DNA from: Ostreococcus lucimarinus
Taxonomy: Eukaryota
Assembly (NCBI GenBank): GCA_000092065.1
Contig: CP000587.1
Length of the DNA: 64,000 nucleotides
Direction: 5' to 3' (one strand)
Under the pieces are notes generated by a model. It saw nothing but the letters and a program-made list of their open reading frames with translations. It was not told where the DNA came from and did not search any database. Shown piece after piece: positions 32,701 to 41,516 of the stretch (positions are counted from its first letter, which is position 1; each line of letters opens with the position of its first letter). The position numbers were made by a program, and so were the translations under genes.

Positions 32701-32859
32701 CCGCAGCGCCGATCGGTGCGCCATGGGATCCACGAAATCGCACCCAACCTTGAACGCTCGCACTCGCAGTCCCCGTCTCGCGTACGCCAGCATCAACGCC
32801 GTCGCGATCGTCGTCTTCCCCACCCCCGAGTGCGTTCCCGCGACGACCACCACCTTCAT
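29767..32859 (-). CDS. Cobyrinic-acid a,c-diamide synthase (CbiA/CobB, ATP-binding plus GATase-3 domains) fused to a C-terminal BtuF-like periplasmic-binding-protein (corrinoid-binding) domain
   Basis: From the ATG at 32859: [45 protein letters not shown]...[10 protein letters not shown]...[32 protein letters not shown]...[15 protein letters not shown]...[16 protein letters not shown]...VSQLHLHFG. This is collinear with Salmonella CbiA ([60 protein letters not shown], HVHFA). After a low-complexity linker comes a FecB/BtuF-like domain ([33 protein letters not shown]...[19 protein letters not shown]...[11 protein letters not shown]...[14 protein letters not shown]). The track ORF extends to 33624, but that N-terminal part is microsatellite or low-complexity. 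Confidence 0.8.
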   Translation of the reverse strand: [1030 protein letters not shown]

Positions 32860-33057
32860 CGCGCTCGATCGTTCGCGCGCGCTCGAGCTCTCGACGTCTC
32901 GTCCCTCTCGCGCGTCGTCGCGCGCGTCGTCGCGCTCGATCCGTCCCGCGCGCTTCCGCTCGACGCTGACGCTCGACGCGCGTTCGCTCGCGCGCGCTCG
33001 CGCGTTCGCGCGTCCCCGCGTCTCGCGCGCGTCGCGCCGTGCGGCGCCGGCGCCAAC

Positions 33058-33091
33058 GGGTCGGTCGGTCGGTCGGTCGGTCGGTCGGTCC
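33058..33091. repeat. Microsatellite (GTCG)8 in the 5' leader of the CbiA-BtuF gene
   Basis: Direct reading gives gggtcggtcggtcggtcggtcggtcggtcggtccgtg. Confidence 0.9.
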
Positions 33092-33588
33092 GTGTTTGTA
33101 AAACGGTCGGTCGCCGCGGCGCAAGCCCTAAGCCGGCGACGGCGCGCGACACACGGCGACGCGACGATGAACGCGCTCACGCACGCGATGCTCACGTCGA
33201 GGGCGACGATTAGAGGGAACGGCTTAGCCACGTCGGTGACGACGACGCCGAGGAGAGGTGCGCGCGCGAGACGCGAAGACCGAAGACCGAAGACGCGCGA
33301 GGAGACGCGAGGGAACGCGATGGGGGGGCGACGACGGGACGCGCGCGAAGCGCGCGCGATGGGAGTGGACGCGCGAGGGCGCGCGAATGGAGGGTAGAAA
33401 TGCGCGGGCGTCGAGCGGGACGCGCGAACGCGCGCGACGGGGGTCGCGGCGCGGGAAGTCGGCGCGACGCGAATGGGGCGCGGAAACCCCGAGGGTTGGG
33501 GAAACCCTGGAGCGAGGGTCGGCGAGCGAGGACTGACGAATGATGCGCGATTCTCGCGAGCGCAGCCGCCGTGGTGACTTCGGCGAAG

Positions 33589-34082
33589 ATGACGCCCAAG
33601 GAAGCGAAGCGTCAGCAGCGACACCGCAAGATTCGATCCAAGGTGCGTCGATGGATCGAGAGTCGCGAAGACGCGAGCGACGACGGACGCCCCCTCGCGA
33701 AGACGCGAGGCGAGACGAGCGCGAGAGACTGACGAGCGATGCGATCGTCCGTTTCCATCGATAGATTTCCGGATCGTCCGAACGCCCGCGCATTTCCGTG
33801 TACAGATCGAACCAGCACGTCTACGTCCAAGTCATCGATGACGAAAACCAAAAAACCATCGCCGCGCTCGGGACGATGAGCGCGTCCGTCAAGGCCGTCA
33901 TCGGGAGCGAGGAGTGGAAGGGCAAGACCGTGGAGTCTGCGGAGCAAGTCGGGAAGATGCTCGGTGCCGTGTGCGTCGAAAAGGGCATCACGCAGGCTGT
34001 GTTCGACCGCGGTGGATTCCTCTACCACGGCCGCGTCAAGGCCATCGCCGACGGCGCTCGCGCCGCCGGCGTCGCGATGTGA
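33589..34082 (+). CDS. Bacterial-type ribosomal protein uL18 (organellar), two exons, with a probable further upstream exon
   Basis: Exon (33589..33642) encodes MTPKEAKRQQRHRKIRSK. The intron is 33643..33764 (GTGCGTCG...GAGACTGACGAGCG...CGATAG). Exon (33765..34082) encodes ISGSSERPRISVYRSNQHVYVQVIDDENQKTIAALGT...VFDRGGFLYHGRVKAIADGARAAGVAM, the uL18 signature. A second intron 3' end (GAGGACTGACGAATG...GCGCAG at 33565) lies 24 nt upstream of the ATG with an open reading frame across it, so a targeting-peptide exon is likely. Confidence 0.8.
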
Positions 34083-34394
34083 GCGCGCTCCGCGAATGCG
34101 ACGCTCGCGCTCGTCTCGATCGCCGCGCCTCGCGCGCGCGTCTCGATCGAGCGCGTCGTTGTTGTTTAGATCATATTCATCTTCACTTTGTAATCGTGAA
34201 CTGTTAGCAGCAAAAACACTCGCCTCGCCGCCGCCTCGGCCTCGCCGCGCCTTGGATAAGGGGATAAGTGACGTCAGCCATCGAACGCGGTCGCGAGCCA
34301 TCGCGTCGCGGCACACGCCGGCGCGTCGAGACCCGCGTCTTGACGCTCGATCGCTCGCGCGCTCGACGCACGAACACTTCGCGCGCGCGCACCG

Positions 34395-35432
34395 ATGCAC
34401 GCCCAAGCGCGCACCGCGCGCGCCGTCGACGTCGCGCGAACGACGTCCAAAAAGCAAAAGCATCACAGCCAACGCGCGGTGTCCGCGCGCGCGGCGGCGA
34501 CGAGCGAGACGACGACGAGCGTCGGAGTGAGGATAGGAAGCGCGAGCGTCAAAGGGACGGTTCGTAAGCAAAACGAGGATCGATTCTCGACGTACGCGCC
34601 GAAGACGAAACCCGAAGACGGGACGCCGAGCTTGATCGCGAGCGTCTTCGACGGTCACGGAGGCAAAGCGGTGAGCGAATGGCTGCGAGAAAACTTGAAC
34701 GAGTTCATTCTGGGGGAGTGGAAGCAGGCTGATTTTCCACTCGACGCGCTGCGAACGGCGTGCTTGAAGGCGGACCAGGTTTTGGTGGCGCCGCAGGAGG
34801 GATTTTTCGCGTCGTTTGGCGAGCGAGGCGTCGGCGGGTCCAAGTGCGGGAGCACGGCGGTCATCGTGGCGTTGTATGAGGAGGGCGGTTCCAAGCGCTT
34901 GGCCACGGCGAACGTTGGCGATGCGCGTATTTTGTTGGTCCGCGATGGGAAGGCGTTGCAGTTGAGCGTTGATCACGTGCCGGATGACGAAGCCGAGCGC
35001 AAGCGCATCGATCGCGGCAACCCGAACTTGCGCCAGTCGCTCGTGAAGTTTACCGAAGGTTCTTGGCGAGTCGGTGGTGTCTTGGCGCTTTCGCGCGCGT
35101 TCGGTGATTCCTTCTTGAAGGAAAGCGGTCGCTTCGAAGGCATCGGCGAGAAGAACGCGGATTATGGCAGTGGATTTGGCTTGAACGCCGAGCCGGATTG
35201 CTACATTGAGCAAATCACGGCGGCCGACTCGTGGGTCATGCTTTCCTCCGATGGTTTGTTCGAGAACCCCGAACGCGGTGGTGGTGGCGGTTGGACGAAC
35301 CAAGAGATCGCCGATTTCTTGACCTCGGCGCCCGCGGACGCGGAGCCGGAGACGCTCGCGAAGGAGCTCATCGCGCAAGCCGTCGCCAAGGGTAGCACGG
35401 ATGACGTGACGGTTCAACTTTTGCGCCTCTGA
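34395..35432 (+). CDS. PP2C-family protein phosphatase
   Basis: PP2C motifs are present: RKQNEDRF, SVFDGHGG, GSTAVIV, ANVGDARILLV, LALSRAFGDSFLK and VMLSSDGLF. Confidence 0.85.
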   Translation: MHAQARTARAVDVARTTSKKQKHHSQRAVSARAAATSETTTSVGVRIGSASVKGTVRKQNEDRFSTYAPKTKPEDGTPSLIASVFDGHGGKAVSEWLRENLNEFILGEWKQADFPLDALRTACLKADQVLVAPQEGFFASFGERGVGGSKCGSTAVIVALYEEGGSKRLATANVGDARILLVRDGKALQLSVDHVPDDEAERKRIDRGNPNLRQSLVKFTEGSWRVGGVLALSRAFGDSFLKESGRFEGIGEKNADYGSGFGLNAEPDCYIEQITAADSWVMLSSDGLFENPERGGGGGWTNQEIADFLTSAPADAEPETLAKELIAQAVAKGSTDDVTVQLLRL

Positions 35433-35622
35433 GCGCGTTCGCGCGAGCGACGATCACAGTAGGAACCCCATCGACGATCTCGACGAGTTGTTTTGCAATA
35501 ACGATAACAAGGAAAAAGCTGCCTCTTTCATTTCAAAGTACGTGCGCGCGAAATTCCATTGCGAGAAGACTAGTTTACATATTAAGCGCCGTCGGGAAAT
35601 CGCCCGACCGCCGCGTGGAGTA

Positions 35623-36189
35623 TTAATCCATCAAGTATCCCGCGATGAAGCACAAGAAGAAGAACGCCAGCGCACCGTAAATCAACTGCGACTTCTCGCC
35701 CTCTGTCATCGCGTTCGTCCCGAGCCCGTAGCCTTGGTTTTGCTCAAACCCCGCGACTTGCTTCCCGAGCGACTTGAACTTGACCTTCTCCGCCCCGCAC
35801 GTCGGACAACGCCAGTCATCCGGCAAGTCCTTAAACTGCGTTCCCGCGCTCACGGGATAGAAATCGTCCCCAACTTTGGGCTTGTATTCGTACATGCAGC
35901 TCTGACACTGCCAGTCGCCCTGCCCGATGACGGCGAACTTTTCCACCAAATCTGGGTTATCGCGGTTCAGCGCCCCCTTAGCCTCGCTCTGGTTCGCGAA
36001 CATGTACTCATCGTCCTCTTCTCCCGCCTTCACCGCGACCGAGCGCGCCGCGCGCGCGTCCAGCGTCGCGCTTCGCGGCGCGATCGCGACCGCGCGCGCG
36101 AGGGATGACGTCGACGTGACTTTTCGCGCGTTCGCGGGCGCGAGACGGGCGACTCGCGCGCAGCGCGCGCGCGCCATCGTGAGCGTCAT
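35623..36189 (-). CDS. Thylakoid rubredoxin (RBD1-like), with transit peptide, rubredoxin domain and C-terminal membrane anchor
   Basis: MTLTMARARCARVARLAPANARKVTSTSSLARAVA... (transit-like). A rubredoxin domain with two CxxC motifs follows (WQCQSCMYEYKP...WRCPTCGAEK), then a hydrophobic tail (LIYGALAFFFLCFIAGYLM). Confidence 0.8.
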   Translation of the reverse strand: MTLTMARARCARVARLAPANARKVTSTSSLARAVAIAPRSATLDARAARSVAVKAGEEDDEYMFANQSEAKGALNRDNPDLVEKFAVIGQGDWQCQSCMYEYKPKVGDDFYPVSAGTQFKDLPDDWRCPTCGAEKVKFKSLGKQVAGFEQNQGYGLGTNAMTEGEKSQLIYGALAFFFLCFIAGYLMD

Positions 36190-36470
36190 TACGTTTGTTT
36201 CGTTCGCGCGCGAGCGGGGCGACGCGCTCGGGCGTGCGCGACGGCGTTTGCGGCCGAGACGCGCGACGCGGGCGGTGTCGATGAAGCGGCGCGCGCGGCG
36301 CGCGATGACATTTCGTCACAGCGCGACGCGTCGAGCGGTCGCGACGCGACGCGCGTCGACGAGGCGCGAAAACGACGCGCGCGCGATCGATCGCGCGGGT
36401 TCGACGGGCGCGCGATCGCGTCGTGCGAAAGAAACGCGCGATCGCGCGCGGGGGGAGATAACCGAAAGCC

Positions 36471-37154
36471 ATGCCGGGACGGACGTGGACGCGCGGTGAC
36501 GCGACGACGACGGCGAAGGAGGCGGTGAAAACGAAACCGGCGGTGAAATCATCGCCCGCGCAAACTAAAAAGCGTCAAGCCACGTGGTCGCGCGAGGATG
36601 GTGAGGCGAAAAGAGGTGGAAATGGGAAAGAGGGGACGCAAGCGCGTCTGCGCGCGAGCGCGGCGGCGTTCGAACCGGCGAGCGCCAAGGCGCAGCGCGA
36701 GGCGCTGGAGGCGAAGATGAAAGCGGTGGAGGCGGAGAAGGCTAAGTTAAAGGCGGCTTTAGAGGCGGCGGCGGCGAAGAAGGCTCAGGACGCGCGAGAG
36801 AAGAAGGAAAAGGAAGAAGCCGCCAAGGCGGACGCGGCGAGGCGCCAGCGCGCCGCCGGGAACCTACTGAGCGGGTTTCGCGGCGTTCGCAAGCAGTGCG
36901 AAGAGCGCGTGGACGAGATCGCGAAGCCGGTGGAAAATTTATCGCAAGAAGAGATCGAGCGGCGCGCCGTGCAGCGCGTGGTGCTCGCCGGGACGGATTG
37001 GCAAGTCTTAGACTTGCCGCCGGGCTCGCAAAAGAAGTGGGTGACGAAGAGCTATCGCGAGCTCGCGAAAATTCTACATCCCGACAAGTGCGCCGCGCCC
37101 GGGGCGAAGGAGGCGTTTCAAAAGCTCAACAAAGCGTACAAGGCGCTGTCGTAG
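36471..37154 (+). CDS. DnaJ (J-domain) protein with a charged coiled-coil N-terminal region
   Basis: C-terminal J-domain YRELAKILHPDKCAAPGAKEAFQKLNKAYKALS with the HPD tripeptide. Upstream is KEAEKAKLKAALEAAAAKK.... Confidence 0.7.
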   Translation: MPGRTWTRGDATTTAKEAVKTKPAVKSSPAQTKKRQATWSREDGEAKRGGNGKEGTQARLRASAAAFEPASAKAQREALEAKMKAVEAEKAKLKAALEAAAAKKAQDAREKKEKEEAAKADAARRQRAAGNLLSGFRGVRKQCEERVDEIAKPVENLSQEEIERRAVQRVVLAGTDWQVLDLPPGSQKKWVTKSYRELAKILHPDKCAAPGAKEAFQKLNKAYKALS

Positions 37155-37250
37155 CGCGTCGACGAATGACGACGACGTTGTATTATTAACATAGAATCTC
37201 CGCAACTGTCGCGTCGCCGAGCGCCACTTCACCGCGCGCGTCGATCACCG

Positions 37251-37862
37251 ATGTCGTCGCGCGCGCGCTCGAGCGACGACGATTTAGCGTCGCGGTTCGA
37301 CGCTTCCGTGCGCGTGCGCGACGGCGCGCACGGTGACGCGATAGAGCGCGCTTTCAGCGTGCCCAAAGACTTCAATCAAGAATTAGAAACAAAGTCCAAC
37401 GTCGAGTTGCGCGCGCTCATGACGGACGACGACGCCTTCGACGCGCTCTTAGCGTCCACGACGTGCGTGCGCGAGAGCGTGGCGTTCGTGAAGGAGTTGA
37501 AGGCGGAGATATCGCGCGCGTGCGATGATAACGAGGCGTTGGCGGGTGAAGTCAGAGCGGCGCAGACGCAACGCGCGCTGTTAGAGTCCACGGATCTACG
37601 TCGCGCCGAAGAGGCGTACGAGCTCGCGCGCGAAAACGTGTCGACGAGACGCGCAAACTACCCCACGCTCGCGCTCGCGATCGATCGCGCGCGGGAACGG
37701 GCGAGATCTCTAGAGGAGTCGTGTCGCGCGAGCGCCGCCGCGTTGGCGTCGACGCGCGGTCGCGTCGATCGAGACGATCTCGACGATTTCGTCCGCGCCT
37801 ACGTCGAGCAAAAGACGACACAGCATAGATTAGACCTCACAGCCGATATCGCGCAGGAATAG
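37251..37862 (+). CDS. Probable ESCRT-I subunit VPS37 (Mod(r) domain)
   Basis: A 203-aa helical protein, ...NVELRALMTDDDAFDALLASTTCVRESVAFVKELKAEISRACDDNEALAGEVRAAQTQRALLES.... Pattern and length are consistent with the Mod(r)/VPS37 C-terminal domain. This is recognition by gestalt, not a motif match. Confidence 0.4.
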   Translation: MSSRARSSDDDLASRFDASVRVRDGAHGDAIERAFSVPKDFNQELETKSNVELRALMTDDDAFDALLASTTCVRESVAFVKELKAEISRACDDNEALAGEVRAAQTQRALLESTDLRRAEEAYELARENVSTRRANYPTLALAIDRARERARSLEESCRASAAALASTRGRVDRDDLDDFVRAYVEQKTTQHRLDLTADIAQE

Positions 37863-37951
37863 CTCGCGGATGTAACCCGACGATCGACGCTTCGCGCTCG
37901 CGAATTGCCTGGCGCGCCGCACACGCCGCCGCTCCATCGCCACCGCGCGTC

Positions 37952-38893
37952 ATGTCGCTCGACTGTCGCGCCGGCGCGCCGAGCGCGACGATCGCGTCGC
38001 GCGCGGCCGCGCGCGCGAGCCTGTCGCGCGCGTCGCGCGCACCGCGAGGCCGATTCTCGTCGCCGCCGACGGATAAGCATCGTCCTTTTTCGACGCCGCA
38101 CCGCGCGTCGCGTCGCGCGCGCGCGATCGCGAACGACGAGGACGTCGCCGGGAACCCTTTTGAGCAGAGCTCGTCCGCGGCGGGCGAACGCAGGGCGCTT
38201 TTCAACGACATCGCGCCCGTGTACGATCGATTGAACGATGGGTTGTCGCTCGGGCTGCATCGCGCGTGGAAGCGCGCGGCGGTGAAATGGATCGATTGCT
38301 CGCCGGGCATGGAGGCCCTGGACGTGTGCTGCGGGTCGGGGGACGTGGCTATTAAAATGTCGACGTTCGTGGGCGCGACGGGACGGGTGACGGGGTTGGA
38401 TTTCGCGGCGAATCAATTAAAGTACGCGGCGGAGAAGGAGCGAGATTTGCGCGCGGCGAGCGCGGACGCGAGCGCTCGCATGGGGAAGATTACGTGGATC
38501 GAGGGTGACGCGCTGAATTTGCCTTTTGACGATGAGTCGTTTGATTGCGCGACGATCGCTTACGGATTGAGGAACGTGAGCGATATTCCACGGGCGATGG
38601 GGGAGTTGAGACGAGTGTTGCGTCGAGGCGCCAAGCTCGCGGTTTTGGATTTCAACAACCCGGAGGATCCCACGACGGCGGCGGTGCAAGGATTTATGCT
38701 GGATAACGTCGTCGTCCCGATCGCAGATCTCAATGGCGTCGCCGCGGAGTATAGGTACTTGCGTCCGAGCATCGAACGCTTCCCGCGAGGGCGCGAGCAG
38801 GTGAATTTGGCGCGAGACGCGGGTTTCAGAGAGGCTAAGTTTTACGAACTCGCTCCGGGCGGTTTGATGGGGTGCTTGGTGTGCACGAAGTAG
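37952..38893 (+). CDS. UbiE/MenG/COQ5-family SAM-dependent C-methyltransferase with an N-terminal targeting peptide (likely plastid MenG, phylloquinone/plastoquinone pathway)
   Basis: IAPVYDRLNDGLSLGLHRAWKRAAVKW (UbiE N-motif), LDVCCGSGDVA (SAM motif I) and WIEGDALNLPFDDESFDCATIAYGLRNV. The N-terminus MSLDCRAGAPSATIASRAAARASLSRASRAPRGRFSS... is transit-like. Confidence 0.75.
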   Translation: MSLDCRAGAPSATIASRAAARASLSRASRAPRGRFSSPPTDKHRPFSTPHRASRRARAIANDEDVAGNPFEQSSSAAGERRALFNDIAPVYDRLNDGLSLGLHRAWKRAAVKWIDCSPGMEALDVCCGSGDVAIKMSTFVGATGRVTGLDFAANQLKYAAEKERDLRAASADASARMGKITWIEGDALNLPFDDESFDCATIAYGLRNVSDIPRAMGELRRVLRRGAKLAVLDFNNPEDPTTAAVQGFMLDNVVVPIADLNGVAAEYRYLRPSIERFPRGREQVNLARDAGFREAKFYELAPGGLMGCLVCTK

Positions 38894-38951
38894 TGGAATC
38901 TCGAGTACAGTAGAATGTTATTACGAGTATTATTGATTAGTCTACAACATC

Positions 38952-40460
38952 TCACGGCGCGACGAGCGCGGCAAAATACAGAGGCAACACAAAATTGTCC
39001 GACACGCCCTCGACGGAGAGCTCAAAGAGCGCCGTGGCGACGCACGCGCCCGCGAGTTTCGACGCGGAAATATCGACGCCGACGTAGGACGCGGCGACGA
39101 AAGTACTCACTGCGAACGCAATCGCGCCTTCGAGCGTCTTGGACGAGCGCTCACCGAACACTTTGCGGCGTCCAATCGCGCCGCCGACGATGGAGGCGAA
39201 GCTGTCGCCGACGCCGAGCGTGAGCACGCCCGCCCACGGTACGAGAGATTTCGAGTCGCCGCTGAGCCACACCGGGACGGCGATGCCGAGGAGCAATGAA
39301 AAGTGATCCAAAATGATGAGCGACACCACGCCGTCGCCGACGAATTGCGCGAGAAGCACGCTGAGCTTCCAGCCGAAGAGCCCGTGGCCGTAGTAGGCGT
39401 CGAAGACGCGAGCGCACTCGACGCAGGCGAAGAGCGCGAAGGCGACGGCAAAGGCGACGCGAATCAACTCACCGAGTCCGCTGTTCGGCATCAACGTTGG
39501 CGCGAACATGACGATGGCGAGGAAATGAAACGCCTTCCTGCGCATCGTGAGCGGCATCGCTCGCGCGTTGTACGCCACGCCGAGGGCGACGGCGAGACCC
39601 GTGCACCAGAGCTTCGTCAACGACGTCAAGGTCTCCATGTTCGTCTTCATCGTGTATCGCACCACACCGAGGATCATGTTACTCTTACCAGGATTACTCA
39701 CGCGATAAAACCACTCGGGAACCGACAGCGCGAGGCTCAGAACGCCGAATTGCGTCGCCTTGCTCGCCGGCGTCGGCCAGCACACGAGCCGAGCGCTCGC
39801 GAGCAAAAGTCCGACGCCCGCGATCGCGAACGCGCCCGCCAACGCGCTCGACTCGGACGCGCGCGCTCTCGTCCCGACGTCGCGATAAATCCCCACGCAC
39901 ATCTCCATCACGCTCGCCGCACCGACGGACAGCAGCGTCGTCTCGCTCGGCGCCGCCGCCCCCGCGAGCCCCCACGCGCACGCGCGCGCGAACGCCACCA
40001 TCACCGCATCCATCGCGAACGCCCCGCTCATCAAGCGCATGGCCAACATCCACACCAAGGCACTTATAAACGTCTTCTTCTCGCTCGACGGCGTCCACGC
40101 GTCGACGTACGCGACGCTTCCCGCAGCGCTAAACGCCGTCGCCGTCGCTCGTCCCAGTCGCGTCCCCGCATTCGTCCCGGACACCGCACACAGCGCCCAC
40201 ACGGGCGCCATCGTCGCGTACGCGCTGAACGTGGACACTTCGGTCGACGACGCGTCGCGCATCGTCCGTCGCATCGCGCCGAGCGCGGCGAATAGCATCA
40301 ATCCGAGCGACATTGCGGCGTTCACAAAGTCGCCGCCATCCTTCAATTCGACGCGTGACAGGTGCGCGTGCGCGACGATGAGCGTCGTGACGCCGACCAC
40401 GATCGACGTGCACGACGCGTGTGCGTTTTGCGCGGCGTTCGCGCGCTTGGATGGGGGCAT
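38952..40460 (-). CDS. Polytopic membrane CTP-dependent polyprenol kinase, most consistent with dolichol kinase (SEC59/DOLK)
   Basis: A 502-aa protein with many TM helices. The C-terminal catalytic motif is GDSFASIVGGAIGRRKVFGERSSKTLEGAIAFAV (dolichol/phytol kinase and CDS family). The length and C-terminal motif position fit DolK rather than the approximately 300-aa phytol kinase. Confidence 0.6.
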   Translation of the reverse strand: MPPSKRANAAQNAHASCTSIVVGVTTLIVAHAHLSRVELKDGGDFVNAAMSLGLMLFAALGAMRRTMRDASSTEVSTFSAYATMAPVWALCAVSGTNAGTRLGRATATAFSAAGSVAYVDAWTPSSEKKTFISALVWMLAMRLMSGAFAMDAVMVAFARACAWGLAGAAAPSETTLLSVGAASVMEMCVGIYRDVGTRARASESSALAGAFAIAGVGLLLASARLVCWPTPASKATQFGVLSLALSVPEWFYRVSNPGKSNMILGVVRYTMKTNMETLTSLTKLWCTGLAVALGVAYNARAMPLTMRRKAFHFLAIVMFAPTLMPNSGLGELIRVAFAVAFALFACVECARVFDAYYGHGLFGWKLSVLLAQFVGDGVVSLIILDHFSLLLGIAVPVWLSGDSKSLVPWAGVLTLGVGDSFASIVGGAIGRRKVFGERSSKTLEGAIAFAVSTFVAASYVGVDISASKLAGACVATALFELSVEGVSDNFVLPLYFAALVAP

Positions 40461-40538
40461 GATGGCGAGCGAGAGGCGCGCAGTGAAGGCGAGTCGGTTG
40501 GTTGGCGGAGGCGTCGTATTTCAAGGCGGCGGCGAGTA

Positions 40539-41516
40539 CTAGCGATTCAATCGTAACGAAGCGTGGAACTTTCGAACAGCTTCATAGTGCGCTTTGCGGT
40601 AAAACATTCTGTGCTCTGCCCATAACGGCAGGAATTCGCGCATGGAGATCTCGCCGCTTCGATGGAACACGAGCGCGACTTCGACGACGAATCGCTCGTC
40701 GGCGTCTGGTAAAACGACTTCTTTCAGCGCCTTGGCGTAAGGAGCTGAGTCTGGACATCCATGAGTGCACGCGTACTTCAAACACTCCAAATGTCCATTC
40801 GAGGCGGCATTATAGCACGTCAACGTGTTCCAAGGACACCCTTGCTCGTGCGCGTACTTCAAACACTCCAAATGTCCTCTCTTGGCGGCAGATGAGCACG
40901 TATTCTCGTCCCAAGGACACCCGTTCTCGTGCGCATACTTCAACATCTCCAAATGTCCATTACGGGCGGCTCCCGTGCACGTCCACCGGTCCCAATGATG
41001 CCCGTGTTCGCGCAAATACTTCAAACATTCCAAAAATCCAAACTCGGCGGCGGTTGTGCACGCGTGGTTGCTGAATTTGCACCCATGCTTGAGAAGATAT
41101 TTCATGCATTCCGTACTACCGTGCTCAGCGCAGACGTACAGTATCTTCAAACTCGTCGCTTCAAATCTACACTTACCCCAGGGGCACTCACACTCGTGCA
41201 AAAACTTCAAACGCTCAATCGAATCGTTTTTCACAGCATCCTGGCACGCGTTCGCGCTCCAACGCTTCCACGCCTCTTTCGACACCACATCGCGACAAAG
41301 TCCCATCACTTCGGCGTCTCGTCGATCCAACGCGATGTCCGGCCCTCGCTGATTAAACTCCGAATCCACACGCTTCAACGCGTTCCGCACCTTCGCTTTC
41401 GCCCCCGGCGCGCCGCGATCGCTCGTCATCAACTCGCGCATCTTTCCGTACAGTTTTGCATCTCGCTTGTCTCGGAGGTGCCGAGATTTTCGCGTCGCGT
41501 CGTCGCCGTCCTTCAT
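40539..41516 (-). CDS. Ankyrin-like repeat protein with GHLECLKYAHExGCPW-type repeats
   Basis: Six to seven roughly 33-aa repeats (GHLEMLKYAHENGCPWDENTCSSAAKRGHLECLKYAHEQGCPWNTLTCYNAASNGHLECLKYACTHGCP...). This ankyrin subtype is abundant in some protists and nucleocytoplasmic large DNA viruses. Confidence 0.65.
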   Translation of the reverse strand: MKDGDDATRKSRHLRDKRDAKLYGKMRELMTSDRGAPGAKAKVRNALKRVDSEFNQRGPDIALDRRDAEVMGLCRDVVSKEAWKRWSANACQDAVKNDSIERLKFLHECECPWGKCRFEATSLKILYVCAEHGSTECMKYLLKHGCKFSNHACTTAAEFGFLECLKYLREHGHHWDRWTCTGAARNGHLEMLKYAHENGCPWDENTCSSAAKRGHLECLKYAHEQGCPWNTLTCYNAASNGHLECLKYACTHGCPDSAPYAKALKEVVLPDADERFVVEVALVFHRSGEISMREFLPLWAEHRMFYRKAHYEAVRKFHASLRLNR

